A DNA stretch of 64,000 bases from Zootoca vivipara (lineage: Eukaryota): contig NC_083288.1 in NCBI RefSeq assembly GCF_963506605.1, forward strand, positions 28,644,001-28,708,000, given 5' to 3'. Both the position numbers and the translations under genes were made by a program. This document shows positions 1 to 12,480 of this stretch, piece after piece. The stretch's first letter is position 1, and each line of letters begins with the position of its first letter. The notes below the pieces were generated by a model. The model was not told the DNA's origin and did not search any database. It was given only the letters and a program-made list of their open reading frames with translations.

Positions 1-1713
1 AATTGCTGTGAAACTTCAACACAAGCACTTGTTTTGGGTTTTTTTGCCAATGCTTGTTTCATGATACCAGATTCCCTCCCACTAGGAGTCCCCTCAAAGC
101 AATTTGCATCATTATATAGCATCGTTCTATGGAAAAGCACCAGTCATCAGTTTTGTGAGGAAAGACATCACGAAAAAAAAATTTAAAAAATGAAACGGGT
201 GTTCCAGTTTTGCCACGTACAAATGTGGAAACTAATTGGGGTGGATATGTTTTGGCTCATATATTATATGTTTCTACTTGACAGGCTAAATTTCTGTGAT
301 CAGAGAATGTATTTCTATAGATAAACTTATTTATTAATAATGTTTATATCCAACCCTTCATGAATATAGAAAGCTGGTGGGATCTGGAATGCTTTCAAGT
401 GAGCCCCCACTTGAAGTTTGGGGTGATACAGTCTAAAAAAAGATTTACCATTTCATTTTATATTTCTGTGAGAACTAGGCATAAGTTATATCAGTTCTCC
501 TGGTTGGAGGACTGCCATTTTAAACATGTGAGAGAAATAATGAGATGATATCTGTTCATTCTTGCATTCTCTATCTATGTTTATGCTCTGCCTCTCTCTC
601 CCACCTGACCAGTGGTCTCCCTTGGGTAGAAACTTCATTTGCAGTCAACAATCAACAATGGTTCTTGGGGGCTTTTGTGTTCTGCTTGGCTTTTCCCACT
701 GAGAATAAAAGAATGATGTAATTAACCAGGAATATGAAAGAGAATGTGTCTGTGAGACTGTGCAGATACAAATATAAATACAAATGAATATATTCAGTAT
801 TCCAGAGCCTTCTTTTCAATAGTATAGACAGATCAGTGATGTCACCTGGCCTTACAAACATCATGAAACAAAGAACTTTCTAGAAATGGATGTGAAAAGG
901 TGTTGCCCTCAGCAGCAGGTACACTGAGATTTGGGGTAAAATTGCTTTAGGTAGCCCTACGACTACCAATTTACACTCATTCTAGGGATTTTTCACTCAT
1001 TTAGGATCTTATTGATGATTCCTCAATGGGAACAATCCTAAATGAGAAGAGAAGCAAGTTTTCCTGATAGACAGCTCCCCATTATTACAGATTACCTTGC
1101 AATGCACTCAGTTCTCTCCCATTATTCTCAGGGTTTCATTAATTTTTAATTTCATTCAATTAGGTTTTCGACTGCTTATAAGAGGGAGAATTTTGCAAAT
1201 TTTATACCACACAACATTGTTCAAAAGATGGATATCAGACATGAGCATTTATTTTTTGACTAAATTTTTAAGGATCTCTGACTCAGTATGTTATCTTTTA
1301 CTTATAGAAAACATGACTCTCTTTCTACAGTCAATATAAAACAATTTATTTTTATTCCACACTGTTAAGTGTAATTTCTCCTATTATGGATTTGTAGGGA
1401 ACCAGATCTGTCGCACAACAGCACAAGCCAATTTTCTTTTTTCACTTTTGCACCCTGAATATGCCTTTCAGTGATTGAATCTCACTCCCAAATAATGGCA
1501 ATTTGACGGTGCCCTTCTTCCAAGTTGATAATTTTCTGCAGCTCATGAGAAGTGAACAAACACATTACATAGCAACTTGTTAAGAGATGCAACAAAAACA
1601 ATGCAAGTACTGGTGTATGTGTGTTGAGTGATGGTTGCTCAATTCCTGCGTGGAGATGGGGGATGGGGGAACCTAATTTTTTAATTACTCAGTACGTGAC
1701 TTCCTATCTGTAG

Positions 1714-2682
1714 ATGCATCATTTGAAAAACCCAGAATGGCAAAACGTAACAGGTATCACCGAATTCCTTCTCCTTGGATTTAGGAACGTTGAGAACGTG
1801 AATATACTCCTCTTTTGGTTATTCCTAGTCATCTATATTGTGACTCTGTCTGGTAATCTCCTCATTGTTGCACTTGTTATGGCTGAGCAGCACCTGCAAA
1901 CTCCCATGTATTTCTTTCTGTCAAATTTGTCCTTCTTGGAGATATGCTACACCTCAAATATCTTACCCAGAATGCTAAACAGTTTTCTTACAGGGGACAA
2001 AACCATTTCTTTTGTGGGCTGCATCTTACAGATGCATTTATTTTCCACCCTGGCAGCTACTGAATGTTACCTCCTGGCAGTGATGTCATATGATCGCTAC
2101 CTAGCCATATGTAGACCATTGCATTATGTCATGCTTATGGACAACAGAACATGCATCCTGCTGGTTTCGGTATCCTGGTTAATTGGATCGCTGCTTATAA
2201 CCATCTTAACATCTTTGTTGACCCAGCTCACTTTCTGCAGCCATTATCAAATTGACCATTTCTTTTGTGATTTTACACCTGTAGTAAGACTGTCTTGCAG
2301 TGACACCTGGGTTATTGAAACTGCAGCTTTCATAACATCATGCATTGGAATTCTACCCACATTCCTCATAACTGTAACATCTTACATTTTTATCATCAGC
2401 ACAATCCTGAAAATCCCATCTATGACTGGGAGGCAAAAGGCCTTTTCCACCTGTTCTTCTCATCTCACTGTAGTTTCTGTTTTCTATGGATCTTTAATGT
2501 TTGTCTACATCTTACCAACAACTGGTAAATTCAAAGAACTAAATAAGGTTTTCTCCTTCTTGTACACAATCCTAACTCCAATGGCCAATCCCTTCATATA
2601 CAGCCTAAGGAACAAAGATGTAAAGGATACCCTTAGAAAAGCATTGTGCCAATTTGGTTGTTGTTCTTATTGTATTCATTGA
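1714..2682 (+). CDS. Olfactory receptor, class II (OR11/OR6-like), 322 aa, intact
   Basis: 7TM ORF with OR motifs GN, LQTPMYFFLSNLS, MSYDRYLAICRPLHY, HFFCD, KAFSTCSSHL and NPFIYSLRN. N-glycosylation site NVT. Splice acceptor ttcctatctgtag directly before the ATG. Confidence 0.97.
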   Translation: MHHLKNPEWQNVTGITEFLLLGFRNVENVNILLFWLFLVIYIVTLSGNLLIVALVMAEQHLQTPMYFFLSNLSFLEICYTSNILPRMLNSFLTGDKTISFVGCILQMHLFSTLAATECYLLAVMSYDRYLAICRPLHYVMLMDNRTCILLVSVSWLIGSLLITILTSLLTQLTFCSHYQIDHFFCDFTPVVRLSCSDTWVIETAAFITSCIGILPTFLITVTSYIFIISTILKIPSMTGRQKAFSTCSSHLTVVSVFYGSLMFVYILPTTGKFKELNKVFSFLYTILTPMANPFIYSLRNKDVKDTLRKALCQFGCCSYCIH

Positions 2683-2862
2683 TATCAGAGAATACCAGAA
2701 ATAAGGACTGGTGTAACTGCTGTTGAAGGTCACAGAGCTCTGTCCTTTAGGCATGTGTGTTTAATTACATGAATGCGTTTGAATTCTACTAAGTCATAGA
2801 CACATTGAAATCCATGGATTAAATCCATCAATTTTTAATGGGTATGCTATGAGTGTGACTAA

Positions 2863-3053
2863 GGGCAGACCCATATCACCACGTATTTAAGGTACATGTT
2901 TTCCCCCAAATAACCTTGGGAACAGCATTTTTCCATTTTCAGAGATACAATATCATCATTTTTGACAAATACATTTCCCAGCGTTTTCTGTTGGAAACCA
3001 TGTGATTTAAGTGTGGTTTGCATGTGTTTTAAATGGACAGTGTGGGTCTGCTC
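2863..3053. mobile_element. PIF/Harbinger-like MITE
   Basis: Terminal inverted repeats gggcagaccca / tgggtctgctc flanked by taa and tta (TWA target). Loosely palindromic interior. Confidence 0.55.
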
Positions 3054-3620
3054 TTAGCTGGAAACAAACCATGATGAAGATGCTTCTCTTATTTTGCTGT
3101 TAATGGATACTGTCTACAATATGTGCTGTTACATTATATATATTTCAAAAACCTTTAAAAAAAGAATCCATTTTGCTTCTACATTGCTTTGCAGATTGTG
3201 TATCTTATATATGATCATAATGTAATGAAAAATTATATTAAATGCATTATACAATATTGTATGCCTTAAACAAGATTATTATTGACCGGATGGTGTTAAG
3301 TAATCATTTACCCATCAAATCACAATTTGACATTTATTCCAATACTTTGCAGCAATTTTAGACTTGATGTTGTCCATTTAGGATTAGAGTAGTTGTTTTG
3401 TTCTAAAACCAAGGCCAAGCATGTGATTTGTGTTGGAACAAACTTTGAACACCCAGGTAAGGCATCAGCATTGGCTTGAAATAAAGCTCAATTGACTTTC
3501 CACAAATGCTGTTAAAGAGCAATGTATTACTTTGCACTTTGTATTGTTTCTTTGTAAATATTTTAAGGCTGTTTCCAGTAAATCTTTGAAACTCATTCTT
3601 GTGGTGGAAAGCTATTATTC

Positions 3621-3622
3621 TT

Positions 3623-3653
<31 letters not shown>

Positions 3654-3670
3654 TATTTATTTATATATAT
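3621..3670. repeat. (TTTA)n microsatellite
   Basis: Direct reading of the tandem ttta run. Confidence 0.9.
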
Positions 3671-3886
3671 ATCTTTTTTCTTGACAGGACTCGAGGCACT
3701 TACTTACTAAAATGAGAACTGCTGAAAGTATGAACGCATAATTTTGTACGCCTCTTTAAAATGGTTTATGTGAAAACAAAAATATTTTGATATGTCATTT
3801 ATATTACCCTATGAATCACAGTGATTTCAGCATCAAATATTCAAGTCTTTATTTTTTCTAGATATCATCTGATTTACTTACTTTAG

Positions 3887-4226
3887 ATGCAACTCAAAAG
3901 CAATAAGAAACAAGGAAATAAAATTCATAACATTCATCCTCTTATACTTTAATAATGAAGATATGTGAGTTTTATTTTCTATATTGTTTCTACCTATATA
4001 ACCGTAGCTGGAAACATCCTCATTATTATTATAGTGATTCTGGATCAGCATCTTCACACACACATGTATTTCTTCCTGGGAAGCCTGTCCTGTCTGGAGA
4101 CTAGCTATAGCTCAACTCTCATGCCAAAGATACTGGTCACTTTTCTGACTGGAGGCAGAACCATTTCTATCAATGGATACTTTGCAACACTATGTTTATT
4201 TGGGCTTCTTGCAACTTCAAAATGCC
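3887..4226 (+). pseudogene. OR pseudogene, 5' third only (paralogue of the 13345/18535 genes)
   Basis: ctttag|ATG CAA CTC AAA AGC AAT matches the MQLKNN start. Indels and a TGA occur in the N-terminus, then AGNILIIIIVILDQHLHTHMYFFLGSLSCLETSYSS. Homology stops in TM3. Confidence 0.92.
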
Positions 4227-4348
4227 GCAGAACCCCTCCCAGAAGGAGTTGCCTCAGAACAATGGCATTCACCATATAGCATCATTCCATGGAAAGCATC
4301 AGTCATTTAGCTACTGTGTGGAGTACCATTATCAGTGCCAATGGGAAC

Positions 4349-4563
4349 TGGGGTTGCCAGACTCAATAGAGGACAGGACTTCTGTGCCTTTAATTGCCCT
4401 GCTCTCCTTTGAGTCTGGAAACCCTAAAGAGAAACGAGCAGACCCTTTGTTTAATTTCCAAGCAAAGGGTCTGCTGGTTTCTCTTTAAGGTTTCCAGACT
4501 CAAAAGAGAGCAGGGTAATTAAAGGCACAGAAGTCCTGTCATCTATTGAGTCTGGCAACACTA
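4349..4563. mobile_element. Fold-back hAT (Blackjack/Tip100-type) MITE, almost entirely palindromic
   Basis: Termini tggggttgccagactcaataga / tctattgagtctggcaacacta. About 100-bp arms pair up to a loop at 4450-4462. Degenerate 8-bp flanks atgggaac / ctgggaag. Confidence 0.8.
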
Positions 4564-4619
4564 CTGGGAAGCCAAGCTAGCTTTCTAGAAGCTTCTTTTT
4601 AATCCCTGAACAAAAATTC

Positions 4620-5790
4620 CAAAATGGGTGTGCCATTTTTTCCACGTACAAAGGTGGAAACTAATTGGGTTGGATATGTTTTGGTTCATTCTTAATTAAC
4701 TTTCTGTGCTCAGAAAATGTATCTCTATAGATGGAACATTTCTATTAATAATGTTTATTGCAGGTGATATTTGGCATGAACAGTCATGTGAGCCCTCACC
4801 TGAAGTCTGAGGACATACAGTCCAGAAATAGTTCTACCATGTTATTTTCTATTTCTGTGAAAATTAGGCATAGTTATATTATGATAACTTTGATTCTCCT
4901 GGCTGGAGTGCTGCCATTTAAAACATGTGAGAGAAATAATATGATGATATCTGTTCATTCTTTCATCCTCAGTGTTAATGCTCTGCCTCTCTCTCCCACC
5001 TGACCAATAGTCTCCCTTGAATAGAAACTTCATTTGCAGTCAACAATGGCTCTTGGGGGCTTTTGTGTTCTGCTTGGCTTTTCCCACTGAGAATAAAAGA
5101 ATGGTGTAATTAACCTGGAATATGAGAGAGAATGTGCCTATGAGACGGTGCAGGTACAAATATAAATACAAATGAATATATTCAGTGTTTCGTAGCCTTC
5201 TTCTTAATAGTTTAGACTCATCAATGGGCAAGCCAGAAAGACATCACCTGGACTTATCAACATCAAGAAAGAAAGAACCTTCTATAAATGGATGTGAAAA
5301 AGCAGGTACACTTAGATTTTAGGTAAAATTGCTTAAAGTAGATGTTTCAAAATTCTACTCCTTCCAGGGATTCTTGACTCATTTAGGATTTTATTGAAGA
5401 TTCCTCATTGAAAACAATCCTTAATTAGAAGAGCAGCAATGTTGGGCACGTTTTCCTGAAATCCAGCTGCCTCCATTATTACTGCTCTTCCCTGCAATGC
5501 ACCCCACTTTCTGCCATGAATATCTTGGTTTTATAATTCTTATTTTGATTAAATTACGTTTTCCACTGCTTATGAGAAGGGATCTCAATTATGTGCAGTT
5601 TTTAAAATACCATACAACCTTGTTCAAAAGATGTATACAGTATCTGACATGAACATTTATGTTTCAGATTGCTGTTAACTACTAGTCCCTTAAGAGTCCC
5701 CGACTCAGTATATTATTTGTTAGTTGTAGAAGACATGACTTCCTTTCTGAAGCTAATATAAAACCATTTATTTTGCAGTTTTGCACCCAT
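4620..5790 (+). repeat. Diverged duplicate of the upstream region of the first OR (about 190-1455)
   Basis: Colinear matches, e.g. ccacgtacaaa(t/g)gtggaaactaattggg at 212 and 4642, and tagaaacttcatttgcagtcaacaat at 627 and 5022. Confidence 0.9.
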
Positions 5791-5799
5791 GGTGCCATT

Positions 5800-5963
5800 A
5801 TACCTGGGTGATTGAAACTACAGCACCAGCCACAGGAATTCTGTCTATTTTTCTTGAAACTGTGATACCTTTTTTATTTTTGACAGCAGCACAGACCTGA
5901 AAATCCCATCCATGGATGGGAGGCAAAAGCTACTATCTACCTGCTCTTTTCACATCACTGCAG
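5800..5963 (+). pseudogene. OR remnant (ECL2-TM6 fragment) derived from a copy of the 1714 gene
   Basis: acctgggtgattgaaact...cctgaaaatcccatccatggatgggaggcaaaagc...acctgctcttttcacatcactgcag aligns to 2305-2472 with indels. Confidence 0.85.
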
Positions 5964-6115
5964 GTTAGATTTCTAGTTTAAAGAAACTGAGATTATGATT
6001 TATTTTTTAAAGGAGGGGATAATAATCAGCAGCCAAAACATTTAGATTAACATTGGCTCTAAACTGGTATCATGAATCTTCCTCACATTGCACACACCTC
6101 CTTTTTCTTTTACAC

Positions 6116-6253
6116 CAGGTATAAGCAAACTCCGGCCCTCCAGATGCTTTGAGACTACAGTTCCCATCATCCCTGACCACTGGTCCTGTTAGTCGGGGAT
6201 GGTGGGAATTGTAGTTCCAAAACATCTGGAGGGCCAGAGTTTGCCTATGCCTG
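6116..6253. mobile_element. hAT (Charlie-type) MITE, 138 bp
   Basis: TIRs caggtataagcaaact / agtttgcctatgcctg, palindromic body, perfect 8-bp TSD ttttacac (6108-6115 and 6254-6261). Confidence 0.92.
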
Positions 6254-6445
6254 TTTTACACCTTACACCCATCCAACTTATGTATATTCGCTATGAAATG
6301 CACACCTGTTTTAAGTTGCTTCTAGATGACTTGGAATCAAGAGTCATCTTGATTGCTTTGCACAAAGTTTGCAGGGATGGTAGACAGCATCAGGGGAGTT
6401 ATAAAATGTTGCAATTGGTATTTAAGAGCAGTTCCCCTTATTGTA

Positions 6446-6772
6446 GGGACGTGGGTGGTGCTGTGGGTTAAAACACAGAGCCTAGGGCTTGCAGATTGGA
6501 AGGTTGGCAATTTCGAATCCCCACGATGGGGTGATCTCCCGTTGCTCGGTTCCTGGTCCTGCCAACCTAGCAGTTCGAAAGCACGTCAAAGTGCAAGTAG
6601 ATAAATAGGTACCGCTACAGCAGGAAGGTAAACGGTGTTTCTGTGTGCTGCTCTGGTTCTCCAGAAGCGGCTTTTTCATGCTGGCCACATGACCTGGAAG
6701 CTGTACGCTGGATCCCTCGGCCAATAATGTGAGATGAGCGCTACAACCCCAGAGTTGGTCACGACTGGACCT
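6446..6772 (+). mobile_element. Sauria SINE (3' tail missing)
   Basis: tRNA-derived head gggacgtgggtggtgctgtgggttaaa with B-box-like ttcgaatccc. Diagnostic body ctgccaacctagcagttcgaaagcac...gtgcaagtagataaataggtacc...gctggccacatgacc. Confidence 0.9.
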
Positions 6773-6773
6773 A

Positions 6774-7200
6774 CCGTGTTTCCCCCTTTTCAAGGCGTAG
6801 TCATAAAATAAGCCATAGCAGCATTTCTAAGCATTTGAGAAATATAAACCGTACCCCAAAAATAAGCCATAGTGATAGGCGCTGTGCGGAAGAGAGCACT
6901 GAGCTCCCCGAGTCAGCAGCAGCAACGCCGGCCGCAGCAGTGTTTGCTGAGTCCTTTCTTGCTTTTGGGACTTAGTTACTGTGCTGGCTTGGGATGGTGT
7001 GTGTGCAATTGCTGTTGGTGCTTCGTGTTTTTCAGCTGGATTCTCTGGGTTCTAAGCACTTTCCCCCCGTTTGTTTGCGAAGCAGCACTCGGCTGCAGCC
7101 CCTGCCTCTCCCGGCGGCTGCAGGAGGCTGCAGTTGATCACTATCTCCTTTTCCATTTCTTTTGTCTTTGAGCACCCGGCCCCGCCCCCTCTCCCCTTCG
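6774..7200. mobile_element. Tc1/mariner (Tc2/pogo-like) fragment inserted at TA in the SINE tail; right end uncertain
   Basis: TA then ccgtgtttcccc with repeated aaaataagccatag subterminal motifs, followed by a CpG-rich segment. No matching second TIR found. Confidence 0.5.
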
Positions 7201-9484
7201 TGGAATGAAGAACGGAGTTTTAGCAGCATTTCCTCATTATAAAAAAAAGGTCAGGAACTTTTACTTTAACCTCAAAAATGGGATATTTCCTCTCTCTAAA
7301 AACAACTCTGACCTGAACACCAATAAAACGGGAGTAGATCACCTCCAGTTTATAAATCCGCAAGTAGATCGCAGTCTCCTGGAAGTTGGGCTCTATACTT
7401 TGGCTGATTGCAAGCCTTTGCATCTTTAAAAAACAAAAACCATGCGCCTCTCAGTCTTAATTTTCCTTTAATTCATCCCCCTATACCCTCCTCCAACCAT
7501 TGCCTCCTTCCATTCCTTACCCCCCTCCCTCTCTCCCCACTTCCCTCACTCCTGTGCGATCTCATTTAGTCATATACTTGCTTTTTCTGTTGTGTTGTCT
7601 ATTTTATATTTAATATTATTACCCTTTATGATGTTATTTTTTCCCTTGCGATAATTATTTATTTTTTATCTTTAACTAACTTTCCTTTCCATATTTTTCC
7701 ATATATAACTCAACACTTTCCCATTCCTTCTTAACTCACTTATTTAGCTCTTCCTCATCCAGACAGTCCCTGACACAAAGATTCAGATGGAACAAGGTTG
7801 TATGTCCTTATTTAGCCAGCTTCTATTGTGTGTTCAAGGCGGTCCCTCCCCTTAGGTGGCCAATCCCCTGGCAATGCCTCCCCAGGCAGGATTGGGCAGT
7901 TGACTGAGGTAGGCGGAGACCCCAGGTATCCTGGCTGGGAAGGGTGAAACCAGTCCTGAACTACTAGTAGCTACACTGAGATCCAGGGGGCTGCACGCGA
8001 CCAAGTAAAAAGCATGGAAATAAAATCAATAAGACTACAAAGAAAAACCCAGACTACTAGACATAAACTATTCCTAATGGAGAGAGAATGAAATTTCTAA
8101 TTGGCATGATGAAGAGTGGTCCTGTACTGTATGAACATGGTGCAACCTTGGAAGTCTCACTACGCTAGCCCAGAAGGATCGTTCATGTCATATAAACCAA
8201 TATTCCAATTTATATTATTGAGAATGAAATGGGCAGATATCACATAGTCAGGGTTCCCTTGAGTTAAACAAATCCATCAGGGATTTTTCAGGAAGGTGAT
8301 TATGGATATAGTGTGAGGAGAACCACTAATTTCCCTTATGATTTAGGCATTGACTTTTATGTGTCGTTTTTCCATTGAGATTTTACAAGCAGATTAATAG
8401 ATTTGGATGCTTACATAAACTATAGAATGATTGCATCCAGCAACAGCTGACACATATCAAGAAGAGATGCATCAAAATTTTCAGTGCAGCCTCAGATTTT
8501 CAAAACTTCGGGGAAATCCTCCAGATGTATACTTGAAACTACTAGATGCAGGGCAGTTCCTAACAAGACATACATTCAAGATCTGACATGCGTTGAAGTG
8601 CAGAAATGATGCTTGTGCAATTATTTCCATGAGCCACATTTTGATGTAATGCAGAGGGAAGACCCACAATTCATCAAGAATCTGGTTTGTTCTGGCTTTA
8701 AGGTAAGGAGCACAGTCAACTATTTAAGCTCAGTCCTATAATGTGCCTCATCAGTAGTAAGTTCAACTAATTTCACTGGTGCTTGCTCCCAGTTAAGCCA
8801 ATATAGGATTTCAGCTTTCCTCCTTCAAAATAGCTTTGAGAAATGAAAGCAAACAAATACCTGGGAGTAATTACCATGTGGCTCTAATATTTGGTCTCAA
8901 TCAGCTGTAATCTTGGGCTCCCCGATAGAGCTGATTTGCCTTGGGTCAACCTGGAGACTATCCACCCCTATTCATTTAACAAAGAGTTAACATTTAACAG
9001 CTGAAAAATACAGTTGTGAATGAAAGCACCAGCTTCTCCCACTTCCCAGCTATTAAGCAGGAGGAGCCAATCATGTATGGTGCTGTTCCTTCACATGCAG
9101 CTTCCCTACAAGCAAGGCAAGCCTCTCACAAAAAGCCTAGCGATCAGCACTGTGCGAGGTAAAAAAATTCCTGGTTAAGAGCTCATAACAGAGAGAGTTT
9201 GATCTTGTGCTATGCCACTTTAGGGGGCAGGAAGGAGGAGAGGCCTGACAGGAAGAAGGAGAAATCCATCAACCTGCCCACCTCACACAGATACATTCTC
9301 TGTCAAAAATGCAGCTGCCAAATGGGTCTGGGTTTTATCCTCTTTCTCCTTTTTCAACCTCATGCCAGTCTCTCTTTCCTGCCTGATTCTCCACTCCCTG
9401 ACAGCCCAGGACAAAGGGATCCACAGTTGCCCCAACCCAACTCAGCTGAAGCCTGGAGCTCTCCAAATAGGTCATATTTAGCTC

Positions 9485-9713
9485 TGGATTTGGATTTGAT
9501 ATCTCACTTTATCACTACCCGAGTCTCAAAGCGGTTAACAATCTCCTTTCCCCTCCTCCCACACAACAGACACTCTGTGAGGTGAGTGGTGCTGAGAGAA
9601 TTCAAAGAAGTGTGACTAGCCCAAGGTCACCCAGCAGCTGCATGTGGAGGAGCGGAGACGCGAACCCGGTTCCCCAGATTACGAGTCTACCACTCTTAAC
9701 CACTACACCACAT
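9485..9713 (-). mobile_element. CORE/MIR-like tRNA SINE (Squam3-like)
   Basis: Reverse strand begins tgtggtgtagtggttaagagtggtagactcgtaatctggggaaccgggttcg (A/B boxes). CORE-like gtgactagcccaaggtcacccagc and a (ggattt) tail. Confidence 0.85.
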
Positions 9714-9804
9714 TTTAAATCTCAGTCTAATCCTCTGCACAGCCCTAGTCATTACCATTGTAATTCAATTTGTGTTTCACTTAATGTAAGCCCTCTGTCA
9801 TATA

Positions 9805-9942
9805 CAGTGCTATTTGTTCCAGAAAAAGAGGTGCCAGAACTCACCATGAACGCCTCCCTTGTTCTCTTATAATGGCAATGGTGCCCACCTGGGAGGTGCC
9901 GGAACTGAGTCCCAGTGACCTCTGGTTGACAAATCCCCCCTG
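9805..9942. mobile_element. hAT MITE, 138 bp, just upstream of the OR acceptor
   Basis: cagtgc...cccctg termini, internal repeat gaggtgcc(a/g)gaact, perfect 8-bp TSD gtcatata (9797-9804 and 9943-9950). Confidence 0.85.
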
Positions 9943-9992
9943 GTCATATATATATGTCAATGTTTTTCTCAATATTGTCTGATTTTTTTCAG

Positions 9993-10946
9993 ATGTCAAT
10001 GAAGAGCAATGAGGAAGATGGAAATCAAACAGAGCCCACAACATTCATCCTCTTGGACTTTAATAATGAAGACCTGCAGGTTTTATTTTCTGTGCTGTTT
10101 CTACCTATCTACCTTGTGACCATGGCTGGAAACATCCTCATTATTCTATTAGTGGTGAATAATCAGCACCTCCACACACCTATGTATTTCTTCCTGGGAA
10201 ATCTCTCCTGCTTGGAGACTTGCTACAGCTCAGCCATCATGCCGAGGATGCTGGTCAGTTTTCTGACTGGAGACAGAACCATTTCTGTTCATGGATGCTT
10301 TGCACAGCTGTTTTTCTTTGGGTGTCTTGCAGGAACAGAATGTTACTTCCTAGCAGTGATGTCATATGATCGCTATTTAGCAATTTGCAAGCCACTGCAT
10401 TATGTAATGCTCATGAATGGAAGAATTTGCATCATGCTTATTGTTGGATCATGGGTCAGTGGATCATTGGGTATTAGTGTCCTAATATATTTGGTATCTC
10501 AGCTAAGATTCTGTGGGCCCAACCATATCAATCATTTTTTCTGTGATTTCTCCCCCATGGTAAGACTTTCGTGCAATGAGACTGATGTGGTTGAAAAGAC
10601 AGCGTTCATTGTCTCCTCTTTAGCTACACTACCTCCCCTTCTAATAACTGTGTCATCTTATGTGTGTATTATCAAAAGCATTTTAAGAATCCCATCCACC
10701 ATTGGTAAACAAAAGGCATTCTCTACATGCTCTTCTCACCTGACTGTGGTTGCTTGCTTCTATGGCTCCCTGATGATAGTCTATGTCTTACCAAACAACA
10801 TTTCCTTGATTGATCTGAAGAAACTATTATCTTTGTTATACACTATGCTCACCCCTCTGGTCAACCCCCTTGTGTACAGTCTGAGGAACAAAGAAGTAAA
10901 AGATGCGGCAAAGAAAACTTTCAAGCTGCTTCTGAGAGCTCACTAA
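9993..10946 (+). CDS. Olfactory receptor, class II (OR11/OR6-like), 317 aa, intact
   Basis: All OR motifs present. Start moved from 9954 to 9993 because ttttttcag|ATG is the acceptor and paralogues start at the equivalent Met. Confidence 0.96.
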   Translation: MSMKSNEEDGNQTEPTTFILLDFNNEDLQVLFSVLFLPIYLVTMAGNILIILLVVNNQHLHTPMYFFLGNLSCLETCYSSAIMPRMLVSFLTGDRTISVHGCFAQLFFFGCLAGTECYFLAVMSYDRYLAICKPLHYVMLMNGRICIMLIVGSWVSGSLGISVLIYLVSQLRFCGPNHINHFFCDFSPMVRLSCNETDVVEKTAFIVSSLATLPPLLITVSSYVCIIKSILRIPSTIGKQKAFSTCSSHLTVVACFYGSLMIVYVLPNNISLIDLKKLLSLLYTMLTPLVNPLVYSLRNKEVKDAAKKTFKLLLRAH

Positions 10947-11749
10947 ATTTCTGGTAAACATGTGGAGGAGACCACTGGTGCTATTGGCTTTATGATGTGA
11001 ATGTTTTACTGGGACTGATTCTGAAGATAATTAATTAACATATTTTGCCCCTGACTTCTTTATCAAAGCAGGAATTTGACCTTGTATTAATAATATACCT
11101 TAGCTTCATATTGATATTGAGTCCAGCATCAAGAGAAAGGATTATAGAAATATGTCACACTGTGGTTGTGACAAGAGAAACCTCACAGCGCATCATAAAA
11201 CTACCTTAAACTACCTTAAAGGAAAAGCGGAATCATATGTCGTCAGCCCGTTGTTCCACTGTGTTGCCGATACTGACTGAAGGCAGCTCCCCAGAATCTC
11301 AGGCGGGACTCTCTGCAAGACTTACCAGCAGATGCCAGGAACTGAACTTGGGATTTTCTGTGTACAACCACTGAACTATGGTCCTCCCCAAAATGCAAAA
11401 TATACACCTAACTGCAACATTTTTAAAAGTAGCTCTCCTTCAAAATTAGCACATCTCCAAATTTTGCAATGCAGGCCTTTCACCAAGTAATATGTACAAA
11501 AAGAAATACATTAGCATGTTTTTGCAAAGCACTTTCCTCACATATAACAAACATTCCCATCTTATTTTTTCTAATGTACTGTATGCAAAAATATGTTTAT
11601 TTAGAGAAAGTCACACTACAATTCTTAAGCATTTTCGTGAGTACTTATTATTTGTTCTGCTTTTAAAATACAAACCGCTTGGGCCACTGGAGTTATGAAT
11701 GGAAAAATCTGAAACTGAGAGAAACAAAAACTGCATGTTTTGTTCAGTC

Positions 11750-12480
11750 CTCATCACAGTGCTGGGGCAGGTGGAGCTGATGAGGATGAAAATCACTATC
11801 TCTCTGAACATCTCATCATTTTCTGAGTGAAAAGGGAGGAGTAACAATCCTCCTCATGCTATCTGCATGGATTATCTGAAGAGAAAGGCTTTGTGTGTGA
11901 GAATCTGTGTATATGTGACAAATATTTTCACTCCTGAACACATTTTTGCACCCATTTCTGCTGGTTTCAGAGACAATGGAAACCAATGGAAACCCTATAG
12001 CTGGTCCTCCTTAGCCCAATTCAACATTGGGAATAAAAAGCATCTATTTTTTAATAGGCTTGCATATGAGACTGATCCCTACTCCCCATTTCCTGTCCCG
12101 AACCAATACTCTTATGCTTCCTGTTATATATAAAGAAAGCATTCATATTGTATGTTTTAATCAATCTTAAACAAAGCTTTAAAAAGTTAGCTTAAACAAA
12201 TTGTAATCACAGCAGTGCTGGAATATAAGGTCCCACTGCGTTGGGCAGGCACGTGGGGAAATCCCCCAAGGGGACAAGGCTCAGAGGGAGTCCACTGCAA
12301 CTTGGTTCGCAAAGCTATTATGCTCCTCCTCATTACTAGATAACTGGGTGTTTCTTGGAGATCAACAAATCCACCAGTGATTTGCTAGGAAGAAAGGTAT
12401 GACAGTACATATAGGAGTGCCACTAATTTCCCTCATGAGTTGGGTGTCTTCTCCGTGTTCATTCTCCTTTGAGATTTTAG
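11750..12480 (+). repeat. Near-identical duplicate block (partner about 15435-16170)
   Basis: Runs colinearly from gctggggcaggtggagctgatga to ctcctttgagatttta with few differences. Confidence 0.92.

Noticed and set aside
6870-7200. CpG-rich patch as a promoter CpG island
   Set aside because: Embedded in nested TE sequence. OR promoters are typically AT-rich.
9954-9992. 13-aa N-terminal extension of the OR in the ORF track
   Set aside because: It spans the polypyrimidine tract and AG acceptor. Paralogues start at the Met equivalent to 9993.
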